Assembly: GCF_009914755.1 (NCBI RefSeq)
Contig: NC_060928.1
Length of the DNA stretch: 64,000 nt
Source of the DNA: the human T2T-CHM13v2.0 reference genome, Homo sapiens
Strand: one strand, 5' to 3'
Part shown: positions 30,954-42,940 of the stretch, piece after piece
Numbering within the stretch: position 1 is the first letter of the stretch
Layout of the letters: each line of letters begins with the position of its first letter
Position numbers and translations under genes: made by a program
The notes under the pieces: generated by a model
Database searches by the model: none
Seen by the model: the letters and a program-made list of their open reading frames with translations, nothing else
What the model was told of the DNA's origin: nothing

Positions 30954-32546
30954 GTGTCCATGCCCAAAGACTTTATGAAAGGCAGAGTTTAAAAGTGATG
31001 AACTAGGATATCTGATGGAAGGAGTTTCTAAGCAAAATATTGAAGGGATGGTGTAGCTACTTTTGACTGCATACAGTAAAATGAGAGGTGAGAAATAATT
31101 TACTAACAGAATGTATAATTAAAAGGAAAGCAGAACATAACAGTTTGGAAAATTGGCAGCCTGGCCATGTAAAAAATGAAAAAGCATGTAGGAGGTGACA
31201 AGTGACCTTTTGATAAAGGAATTAGCATAGCTAGAAGGAGGCCCACTGTTATTCATCAAGACAATTGGAGAATGACCTCTAAAACATTTCAGTATCCTCA
31301 AGCCTGCCCCTCCCATCCCAGGTCCAGAGCTCTTGGAAAGCAGAATGGTGCTGGGGACCCAGGGTCCCTCCACAGGCCCTTTTCAGGACTGCCTCAGGAC
31401 TCTGTTCCTTGCATTCCAGTGCAGTGGTATTCAGCTGCCCAAGCTGTGGCTCAAGCAGTTCCAGGTGCAGCTTGGGGTGCTGCTCTGGAGAGTACAAGTG
31501 ATAAGCCTTTGTGGCATCCACTTGGTGCTAATTCTGCAGGTATGAAGAATGCAAGAGTTGTGGGGCATGCCTTCCTCCACTTAGATTTCAAAGGGTTTTG
31601 TGCAACCTGGGGTCTACACATAGACTTGTCACAGGGTTGGAGCCATAGCAGTAGGTCCCCACTAGGATAATACCTAGTGGAGATGTAGGAGTGAGGCCAC
31701 TGCAGAAAATCCCAAGCAGATGAGTGCCTGGTGGAGCTATGGGGGTGGGGCCACCCAAAGACTCTAGAACTGTAGAGCTTCCAGTGTGCAACACCAGCCT
31801 TGGGGAGCTGCAGACACATAACTCCAACTTGTGAGAGCTGCTGTATGGGCTGAGACCAGCAAAGCCATAGGGATGGGGTTGCCTGAGGCCTTGGAGACCC
31901 ACTTCCCACCCCTGGAAGGCAGGGCATGGAGTCAGGGAAGATTATTCTGGAGCCTTAAGATTTAATGTTTTTCGTCCTGTTGGGTTCTAGACTTACTTGG
32001 GATGAGTTACACCTTTCTTCTTGTTGATTTCTCCCTTTTGTAATGGAAACATTGTATCCTTTGCCTAACCTACCATTGTATTTTGGAAGAAGAGAACTTG
32101 TTTGATTTCATGGGCTCATATCTGGAGAGGAGTTTGCCTGAAGATGAACAGTACCTTGAGTCTCACCCATATCTCATTTAGATGAGACCGTGAACTTTGG
32201 GCTTTTAAGTTGATGCTGGAACAAATTAAGACTTTTGAGGCTACTGGGATGAGTGAATGTCTTTTTTGTGTGAGAAGGATATAAATTTGGGGGACCAGGG
32301 TGGGTCCTAATGGGTGTTGTTTAGGTCATGAGAGCTGTGTGAATGGATTTCTGCTGATTATAAAAGGTCTTGAGCCTACTAGTTTGATTTCTTGCTCTCT
32401 CTTCCCTTCTCTTTGCCTTTCCATCATGGGATGATACAGCAGGCAGGCCCTTGCCAAATGCCAGCCCCTCAATTTTTGGACTTCCCAGCCTCCAGACTCA
32501 TAAGCCAATAAGTTTTTCTTCATTATAAATTACCCAGTCTGTGCTA

Positions 32547-32756
32547 CAAGAAGTCCTCACTTAGGGTCATTGACAGGCTCTTAGAAATTGTGACTTTCAG
32601 CTAAATGATGTACAACAAAACCAATTTATAACTCATCATTGTTATAATAAAACAATTTTGAACAAGATGATGTTATTTGAGGACCTGTTGTACATAGTCT
32701 CACTTAAAGTTGCAGTTTCCAAGAACCTATAGATGATGTTAAATGAGGACTTACCA
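32547..32756 (+). mobile_element. MER6B (TcMar-Tigger) in the 3' LTR
   Basis: Long terminal inverted repeats aagtcctcactta / taaatgaggactta. TA on both sides. Confidence 0.8.
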
Positions 32757-33049
32757 TATTCTGTTATAGCAGCAAAAACAGGCTAAGACACTTACCAAAT
32801 GCCTCATATTAACATGAATAGTTTTAGAAGAGAAAAAAATGAAGATATACTGTGCTTGGGCAGTGATGGAATGCAGTGCTCACAGAATTGCGTACTTCCT
32901 AGGATGGCAAGGGAAGGTCATTCTTGTTATTGATAAACCTGAGTGGTGGGGGCAGCTATGCGGGGAAAAGGGAATAAGTCCAAAGTCCAGGCCAATGGGA
33001 TATTATCAAATACTATCTAATTAGAGACTCTCATATTGGAGTAGATCAG

Positions 33050-33530
33050 AAGTCACAAATTCAAATACGAGGGCTGAGTATGTAACATGAATGAGCAATG
33101 GGCTTGTCTTCTCTTTTTCTTTTTGGAACACTGAGATTATTATGTGAAGAAGCCTGGGCAAGCCTACTGGAGGATGAGAGATTGCATGGAACAGAGGCAA
33201 ATTCTCCAGCTGAGACTTAGACCAAACAGCCTGCTCACACAAGGCATAAGAGTGAGGCCATCATGATCCAGGCACAGTGGTCCATACCTTTAGTCCCAGC
33301 TACTTTGGAGGCTGAGGCAGGAGGGTCACTTGTGTTTAGAAGTTTGAGTCCAGCCTGGACAATGGTGTGATACCTTGTCTCTTTAAAAAAAAAAAAAAAA
33401 GTGAGAAGACTGAGCCTACCTTGGAGCATCCAGCCTCAGCATCAGTTGACCACAGAAATTATCTGTGCTGATTCATACTAAAACTGTCCAGCTAACCCAG
33501 AGAATGGTGAGAAAAAATAAAGGTTACTTT
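33050..33530 (+). mobile_element. MLT1G/H-like LTR fragment
   Basis: atgtgaagaagcctgggcaagcctactggaggatgagag; actgtccagctaaccc. Confidence 0.6.
33266..33400 (+). mobile_element. FLAM monomer
   Basis: Single Alu arm plus poly(A). Confidence 0.85.
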
Positions 33531-33956
33531 TTAAAAGACAAAACTTGTTTTTTTTCACTATTTTTAAATTTTATAACTGGAAAATATCTATTTATACATT
33601 GTTTTAATGTAACACTACCCTGATGATATTAATTTTTAATATGGTTAAATGCCATTTAAATTAGTGTCAAGATGAAAGCAAAGATTAGTTGATTCTGAGA
33701 AATTACCATTTTAATCTTTCACTATTATTGGCCAGCTTCAAACCTTGTGCTATAAGATCAACAAGAGATCTAATCATATATCTTAATAGACTGATGAAGT
33801 ATTTATTTGCTGAAATTTGAAGACAATGCTGACTAACCTGTTGGTACACACCTGTGCTCTGCTCTGGAGCCCAGAATTCCACAATTTTACGGATTAATTA
33901 CTGTGAAAGTTAAGGCATCTTAGATTTTTCCCTCTGTAAAAGGCCAGAAGAAGCCT

Positions 33957-34311
33957 CAGAGGTTGTTTAATCAGAAGGCCAAATTTGGCCAGGAGATGTG
34001 TTTTATTTGGCGTACCCAGTGCTGGCTCAAAAATTTAAAAAGTTTCCATTAGTTATGGTGCCATTATTTGGTATTGGACAATTACATTGAAAACCCTATT
34101 TCAAAATTATCTTTAAAAATTTGGAAGATCTGGCAACATTGAGCCTGCATGATAGCAGTTTGATATTGAAGCTGAATACCCTTTAGATGGGTCAGGAGCT
34201 CTCTAAGTCACTCAGAAGGCCTCCCCTCTTTACTATCTTACACCTCAGTTTGCTTCACTCATCCTTGTTATACACTCAGCCTCTGTTAAGTATGTGAATT
34301 TCTGACCTCCA
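33957..34311 (+). mobile_element. MER102 (hAT-Charlie)
   Basis: ggccaaatttggcc...atgtgttttatttggc; ggaagatctggcaacattg. Confidence 0.7.
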
Positions 34312-35621
34312 ATCTATGCCAATTGACTTAATTTTTGCAGGTAAGCAAACAGAGGCTCAGATAAAAGTGACTAAAATAAAAAGTGACTCAGAGAAAAGTC
34401 CAAAACATTATCAGCTATGGAATTGGTGCTAGATCTCCTTCCCACCTGGCAAAGGGCTAGGGAAGTGACAGCTTTTGATGGTGTGTGAGTAGAACAGAAA
34501 AGACTGGAATTTTTCAAGACAGGAAGGCTGGAGAGTAGCTTGTGGAAGCCAGGACTCAGTGTCAGGGCCCTAAGTGGCTGGAGGGTGGGAAGCCCCAGAA
34601 GGGAGAGGAGAAACTAAAAGAGGACAGAGAAGGCCAGGAAAGCAACATCCTTTGGGTCACTATTTTCTTCTTCATCTGGCATATTGGCCTGGAAGTCTTT
34701 GCTGGGAAAACATCGTACTACTGATAGTGTTGACAGCCTGTGAAATGCATTAAATTCTTTCAAAAACCACAAAATAGATGATGAGATTCCAGCTATATTG
34801 ATGGCCAAGTCTTAGAGTCTTTATTTAATAATACACTTCTTAGATTCTTCCCCTTCATCCGGTCATTAGCCAAGACCTATCTTGTAATTATTTCTTGAAT
34901 TGCTTTCTCCAGTCTTATTCTGTCACTACCTGAGTTGAGATCACCCTCATTTTGCCAGCCTCTGAACCGAGCTCCATATTTGTGGTGGGCTCTCATCAGG
35001 CCTGTCCTGCTCAATCCCTCCCATGCCTTGTAAAGCAGGAGATGAACTATTGAACATGCCCACAGATTGGTCATAACTTCAGAGCTGCAAAGAGATTACA
35101 CCTGTGTGATGCCTGATTGTAATGATGTAATCTGTGGATAATCTGTCAGGATGTGCTGGTGGCTTTTTCAGAAATGATACTGGGAACCCAAAGTATCCAG
35201 ATAACAGAGTTTGCCAATGGTGGTTTTTGCCAGCATAAAAGTTAACTATGCTAAAGTGTAACATTGTTGCAATTGAGAAATATGAAGTTTGGTAACCTCC
35301 TACTTCATATACCCAAAGTCTGGCAGGACCTTACTGTGCACAGGTAGACAATAACCATTGCCATCAACCAGGAGCATTTCTAGTGAAGAAATGGGACACT
35401 CATTGAACAGCCCACAGTCTAATGTCCTCAGATGACCTTGGTTGAAGATAGATCCTTTGAGCTTAGAATAAAGAGTAATCTGTATGTGTTAGAGTCCTCA
35501 GTTTCAGCAGTTCTCAAACTTAGTCCTTGTGTGTGCCAATTCACTCCTTTCAATTTGCTTCCATCCAACTCCTTTTCCACAAAGCTAACAGAAAAATGTT
35601 TTAACCACCAAAATCTAATTA

Positions 35622-35828
<207 letters not shown>

Positions 35829-36049
35829 TTAAAAATGGAGATCTTTGATCTCAGCATAAATTCTAGTCTCCTTATCCCCTTTTTACTGATGAAACTTCTT
35901 TCCCAATTCTCCTTCATACATTAAAATTCAGCCACATAAAATTGGTTTTTTCTGCAATGAGCCTTGAGCTCTCCATTCTCCTGATTTTTGCTAATTTTGT
36001 TTCTTCCTGCCTGAAATATGTATTTCCCAACCATGTCTATTTGGCAAAT

Positions 36050-36327
36050 TTCTGTCCAGCCCTCAGGTCTTTTCTAATAGGCTGTTTCCCTGAGTCTTGG
36101 TTGGTTGCTCTTCCCAAGTGTCTCCATAATACTTTGTACTTCACTTTTCATGTGGTTTCATATGGTTATTGTGCTGTATCATAAAATCTTACTTTCTGTG
36201 TCTTCTACTTGACTATAAGCTCTGTGAGGAAAGGGATTGTGCCCAGCTTATTCACAGATTTATCTTTTAGAAGGGGGGTTAATAAATATTAATACATTAA
36301 TAAATATTGGCTGATGAATGAATAAAT
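36050..36327 (+). mobile_element. L2 3' end
   Basis: gactataagctctgtgagg...aataaatattggctgatgaatgaat. Confidence 0.65.
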
Positions 36328-37235
36328 TAGGCAGTAAGAAGAAGCAAAAGTATTTAAGAAATCAGTCAAGCAAACAAAAACAATAAAATAAATGTTCTTT
36401 ACTTATGATGTTCTTTATCTCATAGGCAGCTGCATGCTTACATCTTTAAAGACAACATTTATGTGGCCATGGGGAGATAAAGTAATTGGCTGGTGAATTT
36501 GTCATGACCAGTCTGATTTATATAAATTTCTTATCTTCTGCAGCCTTTAAAATTCCATAGTTTAAAAATTCAGTGATTGAAATACTTTAATAGACAGTGT
36601 CTTCCAATGACTGTATTTTTACATACATTAGCCACTTACCGTTTGCAAGCTTGGGGATTTTTTGGGCCGGTATGTGATTATATTAACCCAAACTATAATC
36701 ATTTTTTTTTGGCATAAATAAAGTCAAGCAGTTAGTAGAGGCCAAAGGCCCTAGCAGTCGTTTTAGTACATTTTGGATGGATGCAGATGAAATTACAGAG
36801 TCACATTTTATTTGTTGGCTGCTGTCCTAATTATGAGCTTAGCCACATTGGAGAGTTCAGAGAGATCAGAAAAGGAGGTAGGGAGAGGATACACAGTTCT
36901 AAGGAATTAATCCATGGTGCTATGGGCTTGCTTTTGCTCTGACCAGCAAAGAGATTAGCTCTGGGCCTCTGACCATATGAGCCTATGTGGATTAAAAAAT
37001 TCTCCAATGTTTCCAAAACATTAATTATATTCTCTTTACAAAGTTTTACACTTATGCAGCTGGTAGATGGGGCAGGGGAGGTAGGGAGTGGGGAGAAGTG
37101 GGGGAGGGGGAGTGGCTGAATCAGATGCCATAATTATTTCAGGACTGGAAACAGAATTGAAATGACCCAGATGGTTACCCTAATGAAGCTGATCCAAAAT
37201 GTGTGCCAAGAGGCATCAGAGCATGCCTTTCTCTC

Positions 37236-37258
37236 TGTGTGTGTGTGTGTGTGTGTGT
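37236..37258. repeat. (TG)~11 microsatellite
   Basis: Read directly from the sequence. Confidence 0.95.
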
Positions 37259-38099
37259 TTAGGTGTACAAGTGCAAGTAGGCATGCATGATTGATTTTTG
37301 GCTGAAGTGGGCTTGGGGTTATAGCAATGCAAGTGTGGCAGGCCAAGATGGATGTGCATAGGAAAGCAATCACAATGCAGAGCCTCTTCCTGCTATGGCC
37401 TCGGGCTAGGCCTGACTCCTCTCAATTGCACCAGCATGGAAAATCCGCTTTCCTTTGGCTTTTAACATAGACCATATTTCCTGGGAATGTATGGTGCCTT
37501 TTGGATAAGGTGCTTGAGGCAGATCAAGCAGGGCTAGGGACATTTAGGCTGCTGACTTGTGCCAGGGCATTTGTCCAAAACTCTGTCTCTAGCAGAAAAA
37601 CACATATTGTGCTGCATGCTGGGGCGATTGTGACAACCACCTTGTTTATGGACTTTGTTTTACCAACATGAAGCAACATAGCTGCTGCAATGCCACGAGA
37701 CAAAGGGCAAGGACAGGGCTCAAGACTGATACCATATCTACTCTGGTTTTAAAACAATAGAAAGATTTTTTTTCTTTTCATGAAAGGACTTGATATATGT
37801 AAATCTTCAGCACCATGCTAGGTACATAGTATATACTAATTATAAGTTAGCTATTATTATTTTATTATTCATTTAACATCTTAGCCGTGGATCTAACTGT
37901 GCTTATAATTCAGAGGTATTTCTTTAATAAAGAGCCATGAACTTTGTTGGATATGAAGGGAGACTGATTTGAGAATTGATTATAGCAACTTTGCCACCTT
38001 GGATAATTGGGACTAAGCCTTCATTTTCTAACTGTAAAACAAAATTAGGATGGGCAGAGTATTCCTATAATTCTTCCCTTGGTAGGGGAAAAAGTTTCT

Positions 38100-38455
38100 T
38101 GCCTACTATGTGTTATGACTGCGTGTGATATTTTATACTTATGACCTCATTTAATCTTCACAATGAATTTGGCTTTATTAAGAGACTGAAATTCACAGAA
38201 CCCAAGAAATTTGTTAAAAACAGCAATTACTTTCATTTATTGAGCACCTCACATTTGTCAAGCTCTCTACATACCATTCATTATTATTTCCTTAAGGTCA
38301 CAATGCAAGGCATATTGTTATCATCCAGATCTATAAATGAGGCAACTGTGGCTCAAAGATTCAGCAATTCATCAAGATCCCACAACCAGTTAGTACTGGT
38401 GCAACGATTTGAACTCATATCTCTTCAACTCCTAAATCCATCATCTTTCTATTAA
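38100..38455 (-). mobile_element. MIR fragments
   Basis: cctcatttaatcttcacaa; catttattgagcacct; aaatgaggcaactgtggctca. Confidence 0.7.
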
Positions 38456-39104
38456 AAGAGGGTTGCATTGTGAGATTGCCTTCCCCTAAAGTAGGGGAGA
38501 TCGCCTTCCCCTACTCCTACTTGAATGAGTCCAAGATGCACTTGTTTGATAATAAATTCTATTGACATTATTCAAGAGCTTAGAGAATAAAAAGTGTCCC
38601 AGGGAAAAGTATGCTTCAAAAAACATGGCTTGCCATATGTGCAGAGGAGGAAAAATTAAGTGAGAAGAACCTAAATTGATGAGAGCTTCCAAAGACATAG
38701 GGATATAAACAGTCTCTAAATTGGAAATGTGATGTAGTATTGGCCACAGAGCATGCATGTGTGTTTGTGTGCTGGGAGAAGGAGGGAGAGTAAGTAACAC
38801 AGGCTCTTGATAGATAAGAGAAAAAAGCAGGTACTGCTGCCCTTGTGGGCTTTCTCTCTGATGTATAGGGGGTAGCGCTGAGAATGGGCAGTGGGAACGG
38901 GGAGGGTGACCATCCCACATACCTCCTGCTGCTTGGTGGGCACTGCCAAGTGCATTCTCTCCCTGGGCTTGTATTTGGAAAGAGATTACCTTGGGAAATA
39001 TACTGGGAACAGGAGGGTGGCAGGATTCTTACTTTTGGTTTGGGTTTGGACTCCCTGACTCCCACTCAGCTGCTGGGGCTCCCTCTGATGAATTGCTTGT
39101 AATG

Positions 39105-39290
39105 AAAGTCTGTCTCCTGGTCTAAACAGCACACGGGAGCTCTGATTTTGCCTCTTATTGTGTAACCCCAAGCAAGTTGTTCTACTTCACTGAACTCTGA
39201 AGATAACAGTGATCACCTACCTCCCAGGGACCCTATGAGGAATGGCCAGTAAACATGAATATAAGTGCCACATAAACGCTAAGTAAATGA
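39105..39290 (+). mobile_element. MIR
   Basis: tgtgtaaccccaagcaagttg...cctacctcccaggg. Confidence 0.55.
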
Positions 39291-40189
39291 CATTAATCCT
39301 CCCGTGTACAGTGGTGTGCCTATCCAGGCTGCTAAATCTCTCTTCAGTGACACAAACCCAGGGCCTCAGGATAGGATGTTCTTGCAGAAACACAATTTAA
39401 GCCACAAACCAGATCACGTTAGGGGGTGTAACTCCAAGAAGGGCAGACAAATTGAAAGAGATAAGGCTGAAAATCTATCACTAACTCACTCTCTTGGGCT
39501 ATGGAGTCTAGCACGTATTATGTGATGCCTCAGTGCCTTTCTGTTTGAAAGTCACTTCAGATTGCAAATCCTCACTTGCCTTTGTCTTTCCAAACAAAAC
39601 TTGATTCTGAACTTTAGAATATAAGTTTTGCATATTTCCAAAAGAAAATTGTGCTGGAAGTGCAGAATAAAGATAGTGGATGCTTTTGCCCAATCTTCCT
39701 CTGTGCTTGGTTGAAACAGAATTGTTCAGCTGTTGGCAGTGATCTGTGATGCTGCCGGCTACCCTGGGCTCCTAAATGGTTTTGAAAGCTGCTGGAAATT
39801 GTTGTAATAGGCAGCAGAAGGGAAACAGCCATGTTTGCTGCAGGGGAATTTGGGGTTCACGTTGCTGGCTCTTCCTCACACTAGTCATACCTCACAATGG
39901 CTTTGGGCAACAAGGTTTGCACTTCTGAATTTTTAGTGAAAATGTCTACTCTAATGGGATTCTGTTACATCAATCTTCAATACACAAATAGTAATCTGGT
40001 TATAAGCAAAATGTTCCTTCCTTTCTCTCTTCCTGCCTACCTTCATTTGACATGCATAGTTATCTTTTAAGATAGGGTTAACCATTGCATTTACCTATAA
40101 GATGCATAGTTTTACTCTTTCAAACTTAGGATGGGGAGAGATATTGTTTTTGCTTTAAAGATGGGACCCCTCGGTCTGATCTCCAAAGC

Positions 40190-41100
40190 CGGGTGTTGCT
40201 GCTTGTGAAAACTGTCTTGTGCTGGGTTCCATGACACCACACTCTCCTGGTCTTTTGTCAACTTCCTATTTCTTGTCAGTTTCTTTTTGCAGGCTTCTCT
40301 GCTGGACCTCCAAATTTTGGATTGATCCATTCAGTGCCTGGTCCTTGACCATCTAATCTTTTTGAATGTGCTTCCATTAAATATGGGAAGATCATTAAAT
40401 ATTGATAACTCTATATTTATATTTTGACCACTGACCTCTGCTTTGATTTTTTTCAGATTTATGTATGCAACTATCTACCTGATTCTCTACTTGGATATTA
40501 AATCAAAACTTTCAAATTAACATATCCTGAAATGAACTTTTTATTTCTCCTTGCCCAAAGCCCCTTCTTTCCCAGTCTCTCTTCTCTTCATCTTCCATTT
40601 TAATTATTTATTTATTCACTTGGTTTTTGGCTCCTTTTTCTGAGGCAAGATATTTCCTTTTTTAAAATAGAATTTTTCTATATTGCCCAGGCTGAAGTGC
40701 AGGGGCTAGTCACAGGTGCAATCATCATGCGCTACAGCCCTGAAATCCTGGCCTCCAGCAATCCTCCCACCTCAGCCCCCAGAATAGCTGGGACTACAGG
40801 TGTGTACCACCACACCTGGCTCTCCTATTTTCCTGACAACAATACCATCCATCTGGCTGTTCCTGCCAAACACAAGGATAATCCTGGATTGTTCTCTTTC
40901 CTTTTATCTTCATTGTTTAATTCATCGACAAGTCCTCCAAAATACATTCTGAATCTCAACATTTTTCACCATCTAAACTGCCACCAGCATGGTTCAAACC
41001 ACGAATATGTCTCATTTGGACTATACTGCAATAGCCTTCTAAATGATATTCCTGCACCAATCTTGCCTCCTACAGTTTATTCTCTGCATAACACTAAATG
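40190..41100 (+). mobile_element. L2 fragment
   Basis: gggttccatgacaccacactctcctgg; ctctacttggatatt; tactgcaatagccttctaa. Confidence 0.75.
40658..40820 (-). mobile_element. FAM (fossil Alu monomer)
   Basis: Contains the FAM/7SL-derived segment ggctagtcacaggtgcaatc, which dimeric Alus lack. Confidence 0.75.
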
Positions 41101-41309
41101 GAATTTATGATGTTTATTATTTATTTGTGCTTCCTAGATGATGAAACTTGGAAGGAAGTGAGTGAATTGTTTCAGAACACACAGGAGCAATGAAGGAAGA
41201 AAGACCTGAAGCCAATTCTTCATAGTTCTGAAATTAGTTAACTTTTGAAGGGTTTCAATCCCATTTGTTACCTGATCATTTAAATTAGGGTTTAATATAA
41301 AATTCTACT

Positions 41310-41555
41310 AATAATGGGTATTAATTATAGAGCACTTACTGTGTGCTGGGCATGATTCCAAGGACTTTACATAATTTAGACTCTTTAATCTTACAATAAC
41401 CCAATGAGCTATATAGTATTGTTATTGCTTTTTAAATATGAGGAAACTGAGGTACATAGCTGTTAACTGTCTTGTCCAAGGTTACAGAGCCAGTGGGCAG
41501 CAGAGGCAGGATTCAAGCCCAGGGATTGGTCTCTGGACTTTGCTGTGTTATACTG
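41310..41555 (-). mobile_element. MIR
   Basis: gagcacttactgtgtgctggg; atgaggaaactgagg; gcaggattcaagcccagg. Confidence 0.85.
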
Positions 41556-42827
41556 ATCCTCCATCAAAGCCACGAGTTTGTTCCAACATGATCTATTAGT
41601 TCTTTTGGGGGCATTTCTTTTTCTTTTTGTACATTGGTTATTTTATCTGTTGAATGAATTTATTATGAGAACAAAAATTATCCATTACAGTACCAATAGT
41701 GTCTTAGGTACAGCTAAGAGGAGAATTGTCATAGCTTTAGATTTCTTCTACATACACGGTAGTTTGAGCCCACAGTTTTGAGTTTTAAGTGATATTTACT
41801 CAAGGGGCAGGCTAAAAATCAACTCCCAAATTGCCTCAAATATTTTCTATTAGGTAACATTTCCCCAAAAGATGCTGCCCTGAAAGCTTCTATGTGAAAC
41901 AGCAAATCCTCTCAGGTCCCAAAGGGGCTACTTACAGTTTAAAAAATAGTCGGCCTCTCTCTCTTGCACCTGTGCTGTGCTTAGTAGATTTATTCAGTCA
42001 GAGAAAACTTCAAAAAGGATTGGCGATTTGAACTGAGCCTTCACGAACTGAAAGAATTTTGAATATCGAAAAGAGAAGGTTGCACTTATGCCAGCTCGGC
42101 ACCATGGAATGCATAGAAACAACAAGCCTGTTTGCCGCTTAATTGAACAATTGTGATGCTAATCTGTTTATCCCTTTGTGTCTCAAAGGTAACACTATAC
42201 ACTTAGCCTGGGTAATGTGTAACGTAACATCACCCAGAAACAGAATGTTGCTTCCTTTCACTGGTGGCTGCCTTTCTGTCCCCTCCATCTTTGTGAATAA
42301 TTCTTTGTTGATACGGGACTCATTATCATTATTGATTAAACTTTGCCATCTCAGTTTGATGTCGGCGAATACCTTGCTCATTTTAATCTGTCTCAGGGCC
42401 AAGTTTTATGCTTACCATGTTTTAATTTGTCCCAGGATTGTGTTTGCCTGATGCTAATATAAAGATTGAGGACTCTCCTGGGGCATTTTGTGACTGACAC
42501 AAAAAAGCGTTTGGAAATCTATAAATACTCCTTTAGGATAAGCCTTGAGACTCACGAACAGAACTCGGTGGCAGCCTCCCTGTGGCTGTTGCCTTGAAAC
42601 CAGACTCATAAACTAAAGCCGGGAATAAATGTCTATAGTAAAACCGTTTATCAGTTTACATGTTTTAACTCAGGGGTGATTTTTTTTCCCCCTTACTTCA
42701 ATCCTGAATATTTTTCTCTTCCTGAGACACTCTATTGTTCAATTGACCTCTACAGATATTGACTTTATTAGATTTTTGGTCAGCACAGAGTCGTATTATA
42801 TGCTATGAATATGGTACTAGTTTTATA

Positions 42828-42940
42828 ATATTTTATTTTGAAATAATCTCACACTTACAGAGAATTTACATCAATAGAACAACAAGCTCCCCCACGGGAG
42901 GAGATTCATCCCGATTTCCCAATTGTTATCCTTTTAATTT
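42828..42940 (-). mobile_element. L1MC 3'-end fragment
   Basis: ttttattttgaaataatctcacacttacagagaa...cccaattgtta. Confidence 0.55.

Larger units (their letters stand above)
29103..32790 (+). mobile_element. Two-LTR MaLR provirus (MSTC/MSTD-like): 5' LTR 29103-29460, internal region, 3' LTR ~32298-32790
   Basis: Starts tgctatagttttaatgtgtcccc and ends ggctaagaca. Perfect 5-bp TSD cttac at 29098-29102 and 32791-32795. MST-int start aaattggtacc; polypurine tract near 32288. Confidence 0.9.

Noticed and set aside
31119-31927. Cluster of 70-158 aa ORFs
   Set aside because: Decayed MaLR internal sequence with no recognisable intact protein.
38486-39171. 144- and 149-aa minus-strand ORFs
   Set aside because: No recognisable homology or exon structure; consistent with chance.
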